The notes beneath the pieces are model-generated. The model saw only the letters and a list, made by a program, of their open reading frames with translations. It ran no database searches and was not told the DNA's origin. Below are positions 1 through 16,034 of a stretch of 36,850 nucleotides of DNA, in pieces (position 1 is the stretch's first letter; each line of letters begins with the position of its first letter). Both the position numbers and the translations under genes were made by a program. This stretch comes from Pelomyxa schiedti. Lineage: Eukaryota; Protista; Evosea. The DNA lies in the NCBI GenBank assembly GCA_020536535.1, contig JAHLWZ010000087.1, positions 1 to 36,850 of the forward strand, written 5' to 3'.

Positions 1-191
1 GTGTCTGACCCAGAATGCCAGTCTGAAATGACTGTCGTTTGTGCATTAAATCGCAATGACATTCCTGAGGCGATGATGGCAAGTATTGTTTCAGTTGCTT
101 CGGGGTTTGCCTCCATACAGTTGGTTGCCAAGATTCCAGTATTTTGTGGCAAACGACGTTGTGGTGACAGAGAAGCGGGGCACGGTGTGTC

Positions 192-637
192 ATGGTCGTT
201 GGTGTCGGGGTGGTGATAGCGGTGGTTGTTGCAGTGAGCAGCAGCACTTATGGGGCAGCTGTGACATACAACAGCGTATGCGGAGAGCGAACAGTCCACA
301 ACGGCACGACAGGGGAGGTTGGTGTGAGGTTCGTTGTGTACAGCGACTCGGTCGGGGGCAACGACGTACACAGGTACACCCAACCACCCACCCACACAAT
401 ACGCAATTATGGGTGGGGCATACACACTGCGTAGGGAACTGATTGGGACTGTGCTGGGGCTGGACCCTGCTCCGGCATTTGTACTTCACTGTGGGGACAG
501 CGTGGATGGGAGTGATGTAGACGGCGTGTGGGGTGATTTCTTCTCCATCATACAGCCGGCCTGCAACACTTATCCGTTTTTCATTACTATGGGCACGTTG
601 TTGTGCTTGAGTATGCCTTTCCTGATTATTATGCAGG
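192..637 (+). CDS. Metallophosphoesterase, partial second copy truncated by the gap
   Basis: Near-identical to 16035-16481. Signal-peptide-like N-terminus, VVYSDSVG and LHCGDSVD motifs; runs into the N gap at 638. Confidence 0.7.
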
Positions 638-991
638 NNNNNNNNNNNNNNNNNNNNNNNNNNNNNNNNNNNNNNNNNNNNNNNNNNNNNNNNNNNNNNN
701 NNNNNNNNNNNNNNNNNNNNNNNNNNNNNNNNNNNNNACAAAAGCATACAATGTGTGTGTGCATTGCACCTGGGGTGTTACAAAAGTGTGTGATGGTGTT
801 GAATGTCACCAGAGCCTCCTTACCCGACCCATTCTTCTCCTCCACCGAAAACAACCACCTGTGGTAATGTTCCCTACCCAGGATGAATCACATCCAAAGT
901 ACTTAGTAAATAAGCCTGCAGTGCAAAGTGAAAGTGCAAAAATCTGATTGGTTGAGAGGGAAAAAAAAAAGGGGAGGAGGGGAAAAAAGGT

Positions 992-1064
992 TGGTCCCAG
1001 CAGGGATCGAACCTGCGACCTTGGCGTTATTAGCACCACGCTCTACCAACTAAGCTATGAGACC
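992..1064 (-). tRNA. tRNA-Ile(AAT)
   Basis: Reverse complement GGTCTCATAGCTTAGTTGGTAGAGCGTGGTGCTAATAACGCCAAGGTCGCAGGTTCGATCCCTGCTGGGACCA. Acceptor GGTCTCA/TGGGACC, anticodon loop CT-AAT-AA, T-loop GGTTCGATCC; T6 Pol III terminator a few nt downstream. Confidence 0.96.
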
Positions 1065-1504
1065 TTCACATGTGTGGCGGGTATTGGTCTTTCTGTTTTG
1101 TGTTTGGTTTTCAGTTATTATTTTTTTCGCATCTTGGGGCTAACTATCACCCAGGCCAACATCACTGAAATTTCACCCTCCTACACCATTCTCATCCTCC
1201 AGCCGTTGCCCAGGCTGATGTTGCAACTTGCATGTTGCACCTGGTGCAGCACAAAAGCATACAATGTGTGTGTGCATTGCACCTGGGGTGTTACAAAAGT
1301 GTGTGATGGTGTTGAATGTCACCAGAGCCTCCTTACCCGACCCATTCTTCTCCTCCACCGAAAACAACCACCTGTGGTAATGTTCCCTACCCAGGATGAA
1401 TCACATCCAAAGTACTTAGTAAATAAGCCTGCAGTGCAAAGTGAAAGTGCAAAAATCTGATTGGTTGAGAGGGAAAAAAAAAAGGGGAGGAGGGGAAAAA
1501 AGGT

Positions 1505-1577
1505 TGGTCCCAGCAGGGATCGAACCTGCGACCTTGGCGTTATTAGCACCACGCTCTACCAACTAAGCTATGAGACC
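1505..1577 (-). tRNA. tRNA-Ile(AAT), identical copy
   Basis: Same sequence as 992-1064 shifted by 513 bp. Confidence 0.95.
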
Positions 1578-1867
1578 TTCACATGTGTGGCGGGTATTGG
1601 TCTTTCTGTTTTGTGTTTGGTTTTCAGTTATTATTTTTTTCGCATCTTGGGGCTAACTATCACCCAGGCCAACATCACTGAAATTTCACCCTCCTACACC
1701 ATTCTCATCCTCCAGCCGTTGCCCAGGCTGATGTTGCAACTTGCATGTTGCACCTGGTGCAGCACAAAAGCATACAATGTGTGTGTGCATTGCACCTGGG
1801 GTGTTACAAAAGTGTGTGATGGTGTTGAATGTCACCAGAGCCTCCTTACCCGACCCATTCTTCTCCT

Positions 1868-1903
1868 CCACCGAAAACAACCACAGGTGGTTGTTTTCGG
1901 TGG
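1868..1903. repeat. Perfect 17-bp inverted repeat with 2-nt spacer at the array boundary
   Basis: ccaccgaaaacaaccac-ag-gtggttgttttcggtgg. Confidence 0.9.
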
Positions 1904-1997
1904 TTACCCTTTTTCTATGTGCCACGTGTGTATTACATTCACCAGTTTTACGTTGTGGCACAACATCCATGAATTTTTTCTTCAAAAATAGTTTGTG

Positions 1998-4658
1998 TTA
2001 GGGGTTATTAGTTGTTGGCTCTGTGGCTGGTGGTGTTGCTTCCGCCAGTGCAGTAGAGGGAGCTTGTTGTGGGGTAATGGCAGTGGAGTCTGGGGTTGGG
2101 GTAGTAGTTGTACTACTGGTGGTTGTGGTCGTAGTTGTTGTGGCTGGGGGTGATACTTTTGGGGGTGCACCTCTGCCTCTGGGGGCTCTGGGCTCCTTGG
2201 GGGGTTTTGGTTCTCGGTTCTTGGGTGCTCTGGCTTCTCGTGCTGCACAAGAGGGGTGAAATCCTAGTTAGTTGTATTGGGGAATGAAAAGAATAATAAC
2301 CTGGTGGGGGGGCCACAGCTGGTTCTTCCACTACTTTTTCTGGTTTTATGGGGTTGTAGCCAGGCGGATTTTCAGCAATCAGGAACTCACACAATTTGTC
2401 TAGTTCAACAAGAGTGGAGGACCTCTTCTTGAGAATCTTGACAGTTACACTCTTTTTGGCGATTTCATCCTCTCCCAGGAAAACCAGGGCAAATATTCCG
2501 GCTTTGGCAGCTGCTTCGACTTGGCCTCTTATTTTTCCTTGCTGGTATGGCATCTCGGCCTGTAAAAGGTGAGGATACGCAGCGGAATTACTTAATGGCA
2601 ACCTTGATCTGAGCGTCCCACAACATTTTGCATATCTTCATGCGTTCAAGAGTGTAGGGAGCTCCAATTGACAAAACCAGTACATCCGCATTTGTTGTCA
2701 TCTAAGGAAAACAAGTTAGAAAAGGAAAAACAACCTATAACAAACTATTTTATTGCCGGCTCTTGTTTCCAGAATATTGAAAACTCGTTCAATGCCAAGA
2801 GAGAAGCCAACTGAAGGTACTTTCTCACCAGAAAACATGCCCACCAAACCATCATATCGGCCACCACCACAAATCGAGCCTATCTCTTTTCCTGTGCAAA
2901 ACAGTCAGGTCGGCAGAAGAAAAAGAACTCAAAGTACCGCACAGAGTGGCCTCATAGATAACTCCAGTGTAGTAATCGAGCCCCCTGGCTAGACTCAGAT
3001 CAAAGACAACACTATCTATAGCGCCAAAGGCTTCCACATATTCAAACAGCAATTTCATATCAGCCAGAACTGCCATTGCCTCAGCATTGTCGCGAAGAAG
3101 CTCCTGTGCAGCTGCTAGCACAGTTGCTGGAGTCCCTGCATAACTTATTACTCCTCTCAAGTTTGATGAAGTGGGAATTACCCTTCACAGCAATGAATTT
3201 TTCAAGCTGGTCAGCTGTTTCAGGTGTGGCAGCATGCTTTGTATTGATGATCTCATTTCGTATGTCTTTCCATGGTTGCTGTACTGAAATTAAGACTAAA
3301 AGTGAAGGCGGCTATTTTCCTCACCTTATCCAGCTTGTCAATGGAACTGCACACGGTTCTGATGTTGTTTGGAGTAACTCCACAGTGCCTAAGGTACAAA
3401 TCCAACAATTGCCGGTTGTTCACCTTCAGATGTTTAGAAAGAAATAAACCCCAAAGTTATAGCAACTTTAATGAGGAATGGCGCAAGTTCAAGTGTCTGC
3501 AGTAGCTCTGAAATTATTGCAACACACTCAGCATCTGCCACCATATTTTCACTTGGCCCGGCACAATCATAATCCTACCCTGCTATTATGTAACGCCTTG
3601 GTAAAGATAAATGCGCACGCATTGGTAGAACTCTCTGTATCTACCCTGCTTCTCATTTACGTGGTCACGCCTGTAAACTCTACCAATCTGGTATCGCTTC
3701 ATTTGCCTGACTCCGTTTTGGGCGATAAAACGAGCAAATGGAACCTTTTAGGAATGAGCAAAAACGAAAAAAAAAATACTTGGTGCATACAGTCAGGTCG
3801 TAACGAAGGGACAAGTTTTCACTTGTCTGGCCACGTTGGAGGTTGTAAATGAGGTCTTGTCCCTCCTCACCATATTTTCCTTTAAGAATTTCCTTCATGG
3901 GATTAAAATCCAGAGCCGTAAAATGGGACTAGAACAGATCATACACTCAATTCGAAAGTGGGAGTCTCGAGTCCCACAGCGCCGTGCCTCTCATAGATTG
4001 CTGACGCTCTACTTATAACCTTCTGACGGATTGACATTGCCAGAGGCCCAAAATCCCTTGTTCCCTAAAACCCAAGTGTCAGCCAATGTCGAAGAAAGAA
4101 AAAGTGGCAACGCGAAAATTGCAACAGGAACAAGCAACAGCACCCACCCAGCCACCCACCCACCCACCCACCAAGGTAACACACACAACATACCTTTGGA
4201 GTCTTGAGCGTGAACTTCTTCCTTGGGGCCGCATCGCCGGGGGTTGATGTGGCGGGGCAGGCACAGGCACAGGGCGAGGCAGCGGTCACAGCGACATCGC
4301 CATCACCAGATCCAGATCCAGTGCCACCGTCGGTCTCCTTCTCCTTCTCATTCCCCTTCCCTCCTTTCACTTTGGTTTCTGTCTCCTCCTCCACCACGAC
4401 CGCTGGCGCCTCACCCACCACTGGCGTCGGTGCTGTTGTGTTGGTGGTTGTGGTGGTTGTGGGGGTGGTGGTGGTAGTTGTGGTGGCTACGTCAGGGGTG
4501 GTGGCATCAACCTTGGCCCCCGCTGGTTGTTGTTGTTGTTGTTGTGGGTGAGAAGGGGGAGAAGGAGCCTCCGCTTTTTGCTTGGTGGGTTTGGTGGTGG
4601 TGGCGCATGCCGACAACGCGGCGTAGTAGCTCACTGCATTACCTTCGGACGACGACAT
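1998..4658 (-). CDS. HARS1: Histidyl-tRNA synthetase, multi-exon, with low-complexity N- and C-terminal extensions
   Basis: Spliced motifs KFTLKTPK|[77 protein letters not shown], and an anticodon-binding domain ([13 protein letters not shown]). Stop TAA at 2000-1998 inferred. Confidence 0.93.
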
Positions 4659-4858
4659 GGCAATTGCGGCTTTGACTTCCTGGAGCTGTTTTTTTATTTT
4701 CTTGCTTGGGCTTTTTCCAATAAGATCTGATACAAAATTGAAGGCTGCGCAGCGTTGTGGTTCGGAATTAGAGAGGCGTTCCAGACAGAGAACGAGGAAA
4801 GTGGATCGCGATTACGAAAGCCGCACGAGGTGTGGGTGCAAGTGCCCTCATAAGGGCA

Positions 4859-5742
4859 CTAGACACTGGAGAGAAGCTCATCGAGAAGCGAGTCAGAGTC
4901 GGTGGAGGAGGTCTGGTGTTGGTGGGTGTTACGGGCCGAGGCACCTTGATTGGTTGTTGTGCAGTGTTGGGATTGTGATGACAGTTTGGAAGTGTCCAGG
5001 GCTAGAACAGTCTCCAGGGAAGCCATCTGTTGCCTGGTCGCCTCTGCCTGTTCCTGCTGTAGGATTGTTCTGACAATATCTCGCGGGGGTGGCGCATGTG
5101 ATGATGGGGAGGAAGATGATGTAGCGGTTGGTGTGTGTATTATTTGGATTCCATCTTTGTTTTTGTGTGGCCGCTGTTTGGACTTGGCTTTCTGCAAGGC
5201 CGCCACCACAGCGGCTGTGTTTTCTCTGGCATCTCTCTCTTCATCAATGCCCTCAATTTCCCTCATGTAGATGACCTCCTCACGGAGCTCCTTGGCTGTT
5301 TTTTCCACGCCATATCGCACGGAATTGTCCACAATTGCACGGGGTCCAAAGTCCCTTCTGTCCTCTTCCTCTCCCTCGTCGTCGTCGTCATCATCCTCTT
5401 CCTCACTGCTGTCATTCTCCTCATGGGAGTCAACCGCCTCGACACCAGCACTGTTGGCACCACGTTCTCCAGTGCGGGCGTTCTCGCCACTGCACAGGTT
5501 AATTAGTTGCGCACAACGCAATCACACACTTACGTTACAGCATCAGGATTGGCAGTGGTGCTGCTCCCTGCTGTGTGTGACGCACTGCCGGTTTGCCCGT
5601 TGAGTTGTGTGGCTGCAGTACCCGATGTGGTGCTAGGTTGTTGTTGTTGTTGTTGATGGCGGCGGTGGTTTGTGTTTCTCTTCTTGTTTGCAAAAGAACG
5701 CCGTGACTGCGCACGATCAGCAGCCTTCTTGTTGCCCAACAT
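4859..5742 (-). CDS. Hypothetical protein, weakly Aven-like (basic N-terminus, acidic tract, PRAIVDNSVRY)
   Basis: Two ORFs (5530-5742, 4859-5521) probably joined by an intron. The acidic run followed by FGPRAIVDNSVRY resembles the Aven RRKIxSNWxRY motif; the family call is weak. Confidence 0.55.
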
Positions 5743-5984
5743 GCAAGAATTTCGTTGATTGATGAGACGGGCACTCGGTTGTGTACGATGCCAAGAGCAA
5801 GAGAACCAATGGGATAACGGCGTGGCGCAGCAGGGGCCGGGGGGTTGCCAGACGGAAGTGGATGGCAGGGTTCTTCAGGACTTATTTTGGCATTCGACGA
5901 ATTCCTCACGTTCGGGAAAAAGGCAACAACACAACCAACAAAGAAACAAACAAGAAAAAGAGCGGGAGACACACACAGCAACAG

Positions 5985-8832
5985 ATGGGTACGCTGATCG
6001 TTGACGTCATCGAGGCACACGACCTCATCGCCGCGGACGACACTGGCTTCTCCGGTATTATTGTTAGGCCTTATTCCATCTCCCTTGTCGCACCCTTTGA
6101 AAACACAAACGACTAACAAAACGCAACCAACACAGATCCGTATTGCACATTGGGACCTGTGAGCGAGGAAGGCAAACGCGAAAAACAAAAAACCAAAGTC
6201 ATCACCAAGTCCCTTGATCCTGTGGTACGTTAGTCGCCAAACTACATATTATTATTATACAAACATGAAGGAACATGTGTACTAACACCAGTTACACAGT
6301 GGAACGAGCAGTTTACTTTCGATCTTGAATCCAAGAGGGAAGGATTCTCCCTACGTCTTTGGGTATTTGGCAATAAACAATGACACGCCGACTTAAAACT
6401 AATTTCTTTTTCCTTCAGGACTGGGATCAGTTCACTGTGAATGATCCTCTTGGTACTGCAAGCATTGATGTGGCATCGCTTCCTGATAACACTCAACAAG
6501 ACCTCGTTTTGCCTCTAGAGGCGAGTTTCTGTTTCTTAATCTCCTGTTTTTAAATCTAAAATATCATATGATACCAGGGAGTGGAGAAGGGGACTCTTCA
6601 TATCAAAGCTTTGTTTAAGCCGGATGCACCTTCTGCAACAGGTTTCCTTGATTAAACTTTTCGGCCCTCTCACCTGGTTACTGTACCTCAGGTGCCGCCA
6701 AGGTACTTCCTCTGACTGAAGCCGAGAGAAGAGTGAAGGAAGTGGCCCTCATTAAAGAAGAAAACAGGAAACTTCGCGCTGCAATTGCTGATATTGCCTT
6801 CAATGCCACTAGCATTCCAAAGTTGGATGGTCCCTATGATAGAGTGGCTTTGCAAAGGGAAATGACTTTCGCGAAAAGAAATCACGTAAGGGCATTCATT
6901 ACTTCACTGAATCCTGATCCTTCTGTAGGCAACAGTTGTAGTTCCTCCACTTAAGCCGTTCGTCTGGTGCAATGTATACTTTCTTCCTTATTCCATCCCA
7001 AGAAATGACAACGTCATAGCCTGTCTCAGGGGTAGATCCATCTTTACTTGCACCTGGGTCAATAACAATGGACTGGAGTGCATACCCTCCCGTGGCAATG
7101 GGCAAGGAAATGAGGAGAAAGCATTTCTTACTTCACTCAGGATTCCTCAATGCCTGTAATTTTTTTTTTAATTCTTTTCCGTTGAACCAATCTCGCACCA
7201 GCATCTTATGGAGCACTTCCTAAAGCCGTTCTTGAAGCAATTAACAAGTGGGAGGTAAAAGCCGCTATGCATTGGCAAGGAATCTAATTTCTTTAGATTC
7301 TCATTCAGCAGAATCCTTTCCTCTTCCGCATGAAGACATTCCCTGCCCAAATGCAGAAAGTAGTGGCAAAGGTTCAGTCTTATTAATGTTGTTGTATGCA
7401 ATATCACCAACGCATGGAAAAAAGGTATGCGATTTCATCAAGGCAGACCCCCAGAACTTCCAGTTTGTTCTCAATGCGAATGCTGCTACTTCTTCGGTTC
7501 TCAAGAGTATATCATGGGCCCCTGGAGATAGAATTGTAGTTTACAACCTTGACTATGAAGCAACCCATCACGCCTGTGCCTGGTTGAAGAAGTATCATGC
7601 TGTTGAAACTGTTGAGGTTTTTTCACATTTCTTTTCCTTCTATATTTCCAACTCACATTGAAGATTCATCTTTCCCTTCCTTTGACGCACGAAGAAATTC
7701 TTGAGCAAACTGAAGCAGAATTGAAGAAGATCGTTGCCAGGTTTGTAATTTCCTTTCGAAATTGGTTAGTTAAAATGTTTCCAGTGGACCCCTTCCAAAG
7801 CTCTTCAACTTCTGCCATGTTACATCACGCACCGCTTACATCTTCCCAGCACGAGAACTCGTGGCTCTGTCACACAAATATAATGCAAGCACCGCTATAT
7901 AATCTTGCTTCAACTTATTCCAACTAGATTCCAGTCTGTGTTGATGGCGCACAGGCACCTGGTCACATCCCGATAAATGTTGCCGAGGTTAACTCTGATT
8001 TTTACCTTGGGACACTTCACAAGTGGTGTTTTGCTAGCCAAGGCACCGCGTTCCTTGTCGTTGCCCCCGTATGTTCCTTTGCCATGTTTAGAAACACTCA
8101 TGTACCAACAGCACATGCAACGGTTCATGACACCGCTGACCGTGTCTCCGTACTTTGGAGCAGGCTTCCTAAAGGAGTTCGGTTGCTTTGGAAACCATGA
8201 CTATGCTTTGTGGTGTTCTCTGGAACAGTCCTTTGAGTTCGTTGAAAGAGGTTTTTAATTTGTCATTTAGTATAATGTTAACCGGCTTTTAGTCTGTGGA
8301 GGCTGGGACCGTGTGTACGAATACGGCTATGCCCTTGCCAATGAATGCATCACTATGCTTGAAGGACAGTGGCACACAAGAAGTTTGTTTTGCTTTACTA
8401 AGAACTACTTCCCCTAATGTCATTGAACAGTTTTCCAGAAGCCAGGCCTCTTTGGTCGCATGCCAATTATACCGCTCCCCAATGGTATCTTTGTTGCTGA
8501 TCCGGCTGTTAAGCAGATTATGGGCCGCCTTGCTCTCTGCAACGAAATAACATGTTTCCTGGTCCTCATTCCCATCAAGTAATCCTACTTTCCGCAATTC
8601 ACACTATCACTCAATCCGAGTAAAGGGGAATTCCAACCGTTGGTATCCGAATCTCCTGCCAAGTATTCAATGACCTCTCTGAAGTAAAGAAGATGGCCAA
8701 GGCTATAAACGAAATGAACGGCAACTACAGGTACCTGTTCTCAAATTCAGTTGCCCACAACTACAACCACAATTCGTGTACTACAGCACAACAAACACAT
8801 TTCCTATTTACAAATTATTCACATCACTATAG
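5985..8832 (+). CDS. C2 domain + coiled coil + PLP-dependent class-V aminotransferase/C-S lyase (cysteine desulfhydrase/Egt2/CefD-like)
   Basis: C2: LIVDVIEAHDLIAADDTGFS|DPYC..KTKVITKSLDPV|WNEQFTF..DWDQFTVNDPLG. Enzyme: SYGALP, FVLNANAATSSVL, HVTSRTA, VDGAQAPGHIP, GTLHKW (PLP lysine), RISCQVFN. The 3' end is approximate. Confidence 0.8.
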
Positions 8833-9020
8833 TGCCATCAATGCTATCCGCCACTTTGCCAGCGACGCCCTCATGTGAGAATCCCCCTCAGTCTCTGGTC
8901 TACGGTGTCAAACAAAAGAAAAGTTCGGTTTACCACCAACTGCATTCCCTGCCAAAACTTAAAAACAAATTAAGAGAAACTGATTTACAAACAATCACAA
9001 GTACAAACAACAAAGGGTGG

Positions 9021-11580
<2,560 letters not shown>

Positions 11581-11749
11581 CAATCAGGGTACGTTTTAAC
11601 TAAGTTACAGCTCTCTCTAGCCCATGAGAAGTTGTGGTGCTTCGTTTGTCATTTGTAGTGAAGGGTATTGGGGCGTTACTAAATACAATTGCTGTATAAA
11701 CTTTACTTATCTTCACACAACTCAGCAGGTTTAATAGGTGAACTACCGG

Positions 11750-11999
11750 CTAACCCACACAAAAGCACCCGGCACTGAATCCGCCAACTAACCCACTAAC
11801 CATTAAAAGAAAAGATTTCTTGGTTTTTTTAGCCCTCTAACCCAACTAACTCACTAACCCCTTAAACCAATCACCCTCTAATATATGTTGCGAACCCAAA
11901 TCACACACTCGCTCTAACCCCCTAACGCACTCTCTCCCCTCCCTCCTAACACTTCTCTCCCTCACACAAAACAAAACAACAAAAGGGGATACCACTAAC
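11750..11999 (+). promoter_or_regulatory. Cluster of 10 CTAAC motifs with pyrimidine tracts downstream of the U2AF65 stop
   Basis: CTAAC at 11750, 11788, 11796, 11837, 11846, 11854, 11914, 11922, 11946, 11995. The motifs are observed; a regulatory function is inferred. Confidence 0.5.
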
Positions 12000-12180
12000 C
12001 CCTCTGCACCACACCTTTGCACTTTTCACTTCACTCATTTCAACGCCTCTTGCGTTTTATTTTTTCTCTATGTGGTTTTGTTGAAAGAACAAAACTTAGT
12101 ATTAGTAGCACCCAAAGTAAAAAAAAAATAGTACAACACAACGGTACACGAGGAGGGCGTGGAGTCTGGGGACGGCACTG

Positions 12181-13876
12181 TTATGGCGAGTCCTTTTCGA
12201 CCATGACTTCCATGAGGCCACCAAACACAGTGCATTTTGATGTGGCAGTGTCAGTGACGTGTATGTCCTGCAGTTGTTGGATGCCGGCCTTGAGTGCAAT
12301 GCACTCAAGTACGAAGCTATGGTTGCCGCAAGACTTGAGCACCCCTGTGCCGGTCTTGCTGAGTCCAGATAGTCCAGTGACTAGAATCCCACCAGTGGAA
12401 TTCCCGGGAGTGACGTGAACGGTGGTGTCCTTGGTGGATTTGTTGCTGAGGAGGCATGTGATGATGAACGGGGATTCCAGACACACCCGGGGGGGTGGTG
12501 ACAGGATGGTGAGCTCAAGTGTTTCGGGTGTGTCACCGAACTTGCGTTTCAGCAGTGTTGTTTGCTGAATGCCGGCTTCACCAAATGGTCCGGACCACGA
12601 AGCTTGTACTCGGCCGAGGTCCCGGGATTGTTGTATCTGTGATAAAGTCAGACAGAACTTAAAAGAGGGCAGAGAGAGATGAATCGGAAAGGGAAATGCA
12701 CATTGAAGGAAAATGGATCCTTGGGAGTAAGGGAGAATACAAAGTTCGTGGACTGACCAGGCAGCATCCACATTAAAGACGAAAAGAAAGGAAAGGCGGG
12801 TGTTGTCGCAGAAGGATGTGGTGAGTTTGTAGAAACAATGACTGGGGCCGATGGGGATTGCGAGTTAAGGGACTGTTGAGTGTACCATTCTGTGGGTTCC
12901 ATTGTCACAGATTTGAGAAGAATGGCGGTTGTAGATTCGTTTAAAACACAGGCTTCAATGAATACACCTTGTGGAAGTTCTGATATCTTTTCGATTTTAG
13001 GGATTGAGTAAAGACTTGCAGAGTTTACCTTTGATTTTATGCTGATTGCACGTTCAACTGGCATTTTAAAAACCTTGGTTAATTGCTTCTCCTGATCGTA
13101 TCTAGTGTATGAGACAAAACAGACTAAAACATATTGTCCTGCATCCTCCAGTTTGCCTTCGGCCACAAAGACAGAGCTCTCTGGAAAGAGTAGTGAGAAG
13201 GGAATAGGGTTTCGAAATTTCCGTGGCTGTAAAAGCTACCTCCAGCATCAAGTTTTGGAAGAGGGTTTGCTCTATTATCAGCAATCACCTGTGGCTGCAC
13301 AAATAGGTTTGTGTTGTTTTGCAGCCTAATTTCCAGTCTGTGTGAAGAAGGAAGTTAGTTTCGCGGCTTTCCACATTTATCGGTTGTGTACAATAGGAAA
13401 CTAACGAAACCAATACAATCAAGAACGGTAACATAAGAAGAGTAAGAATAGAATAGAGAGATATACCTGTACCACACGGTGAACACATCGATGGTCGACG
13501 TGTTGCGCAGGTTGACCAGGAATTTGAGTGACTCGCCCGAGAAGGACGAGCCCAACGCGGTGGGTATCGACAGTCCCCCCCGCACCCCGTACCCCACGTC
13601 CCCTTCCCCGCCCCCCTCCCACCACGTCTCCCCGTGCCCCCCTACCCCCCTGCACCCGCATCCCACAATCCCTGTCCCTGCCGTGGACGAACTCCCTGGT
13701 GTTGGTGACGATGGCGATGGCGATGGCGATGGCGATCCGACGTGGGGACACCGCGGGAGTGGCGATGTGACTGTGAACGAGGGCTTGACTAGTCGCATCA
13801 CCCGCAGGGTCACGTTGTGCACGTCGGTGGCTGCCACGCCGCCCCCGCGGGGCGTTGATGGGCTACTCGCTGACAT
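12181..13876 (-). CDS. TRAPPC13: Trafficking protein particle complex subunit 13
   Basis: N-terminal HNVTLRVMRLVKPSF, LSIPTALGSSFSGESL, GQYVLVCFVSY..LTKVFKMPV, VFIEACVLN, LGRVQASWSGPFGEAG..QT, ALKAGIQQL. Confidence 0.85.
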
Positions 13877-14214
13877 GTGTGGACGACAACCGAGGTTTCT
13901 CAATCAAACAGACTGAATCTGTGCCCATAAAAAGGCCTTTTCGTCTTTTTCGATGAACAAGGGTTTTCCTTTAAAAAAAGAAAAAACACAACAAACAACG
14001 CCAATACATCGCCGCCGCGGTGACACCACTCCCCTGCCTCGACGCCCCACGACACACCCCCCACACTAATCTCCAACATCAACACCTGCAACCGACGTTA
14101 CACTTTTTTTTTCTTTAAGAGACAACTACACCCTGTGAGGTCGGTACCATCCCATAAGCGGGCCACAGCCACCCACGCATATAAGCGACACTAGGAACTC
14201 GACAACCTAATCGA

Positions 14215-15874
<1,660 letters not shown>

Positions 15875-16034
15875 TGAACCCACCTACGCAATACAAAATA
15901 ACCCCCTTGTTACCGTGTTGTCTTTTCTTGGCGCACTTCCCTTCCGCGTTCCGTTGTTCTTTCCTCTTTTGTGCCAAGATTCCAGTATTTTGTGGCAAAC
16001 GACGTCGTGACAGAGAAGCGGGGCACGGTGTGTC

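Larger units (their letters stand above)
738..1884. repeat. Tandem direct repeat, 513-bp unit, about 2.2 visible copies, each full unit with one tRNA-Ile gene
   Basis: 738-1250 recurs at 1251-1763 and partially at 1764-1884. ORFs repeat at a 513 offset (806/1319, 948/1461). The left end abuts the gap. Confidence 0.95.

Noticed and set aside
374-433. Apparent frameshift in the first metallophosphoesterase copy
   Set aside because: The 2-nt difference lies inside a predicted intron (gtacac..cgtag).
738-1884. Possible CRISPR array, or repeated protein ORFs (948-1460, 1461-1991)
   Set aside because: Units are 513 bp with no unique spacers, in a eukaryotic context; the ORFs run antisense through tRNA genes.
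1868-1903. Hairpin as an intrinsic terminator or transposon TIR
   Set aside because: Eukaryotic DNA, with no transposase or target-site duplication visible; better explained as a fold-back junction.
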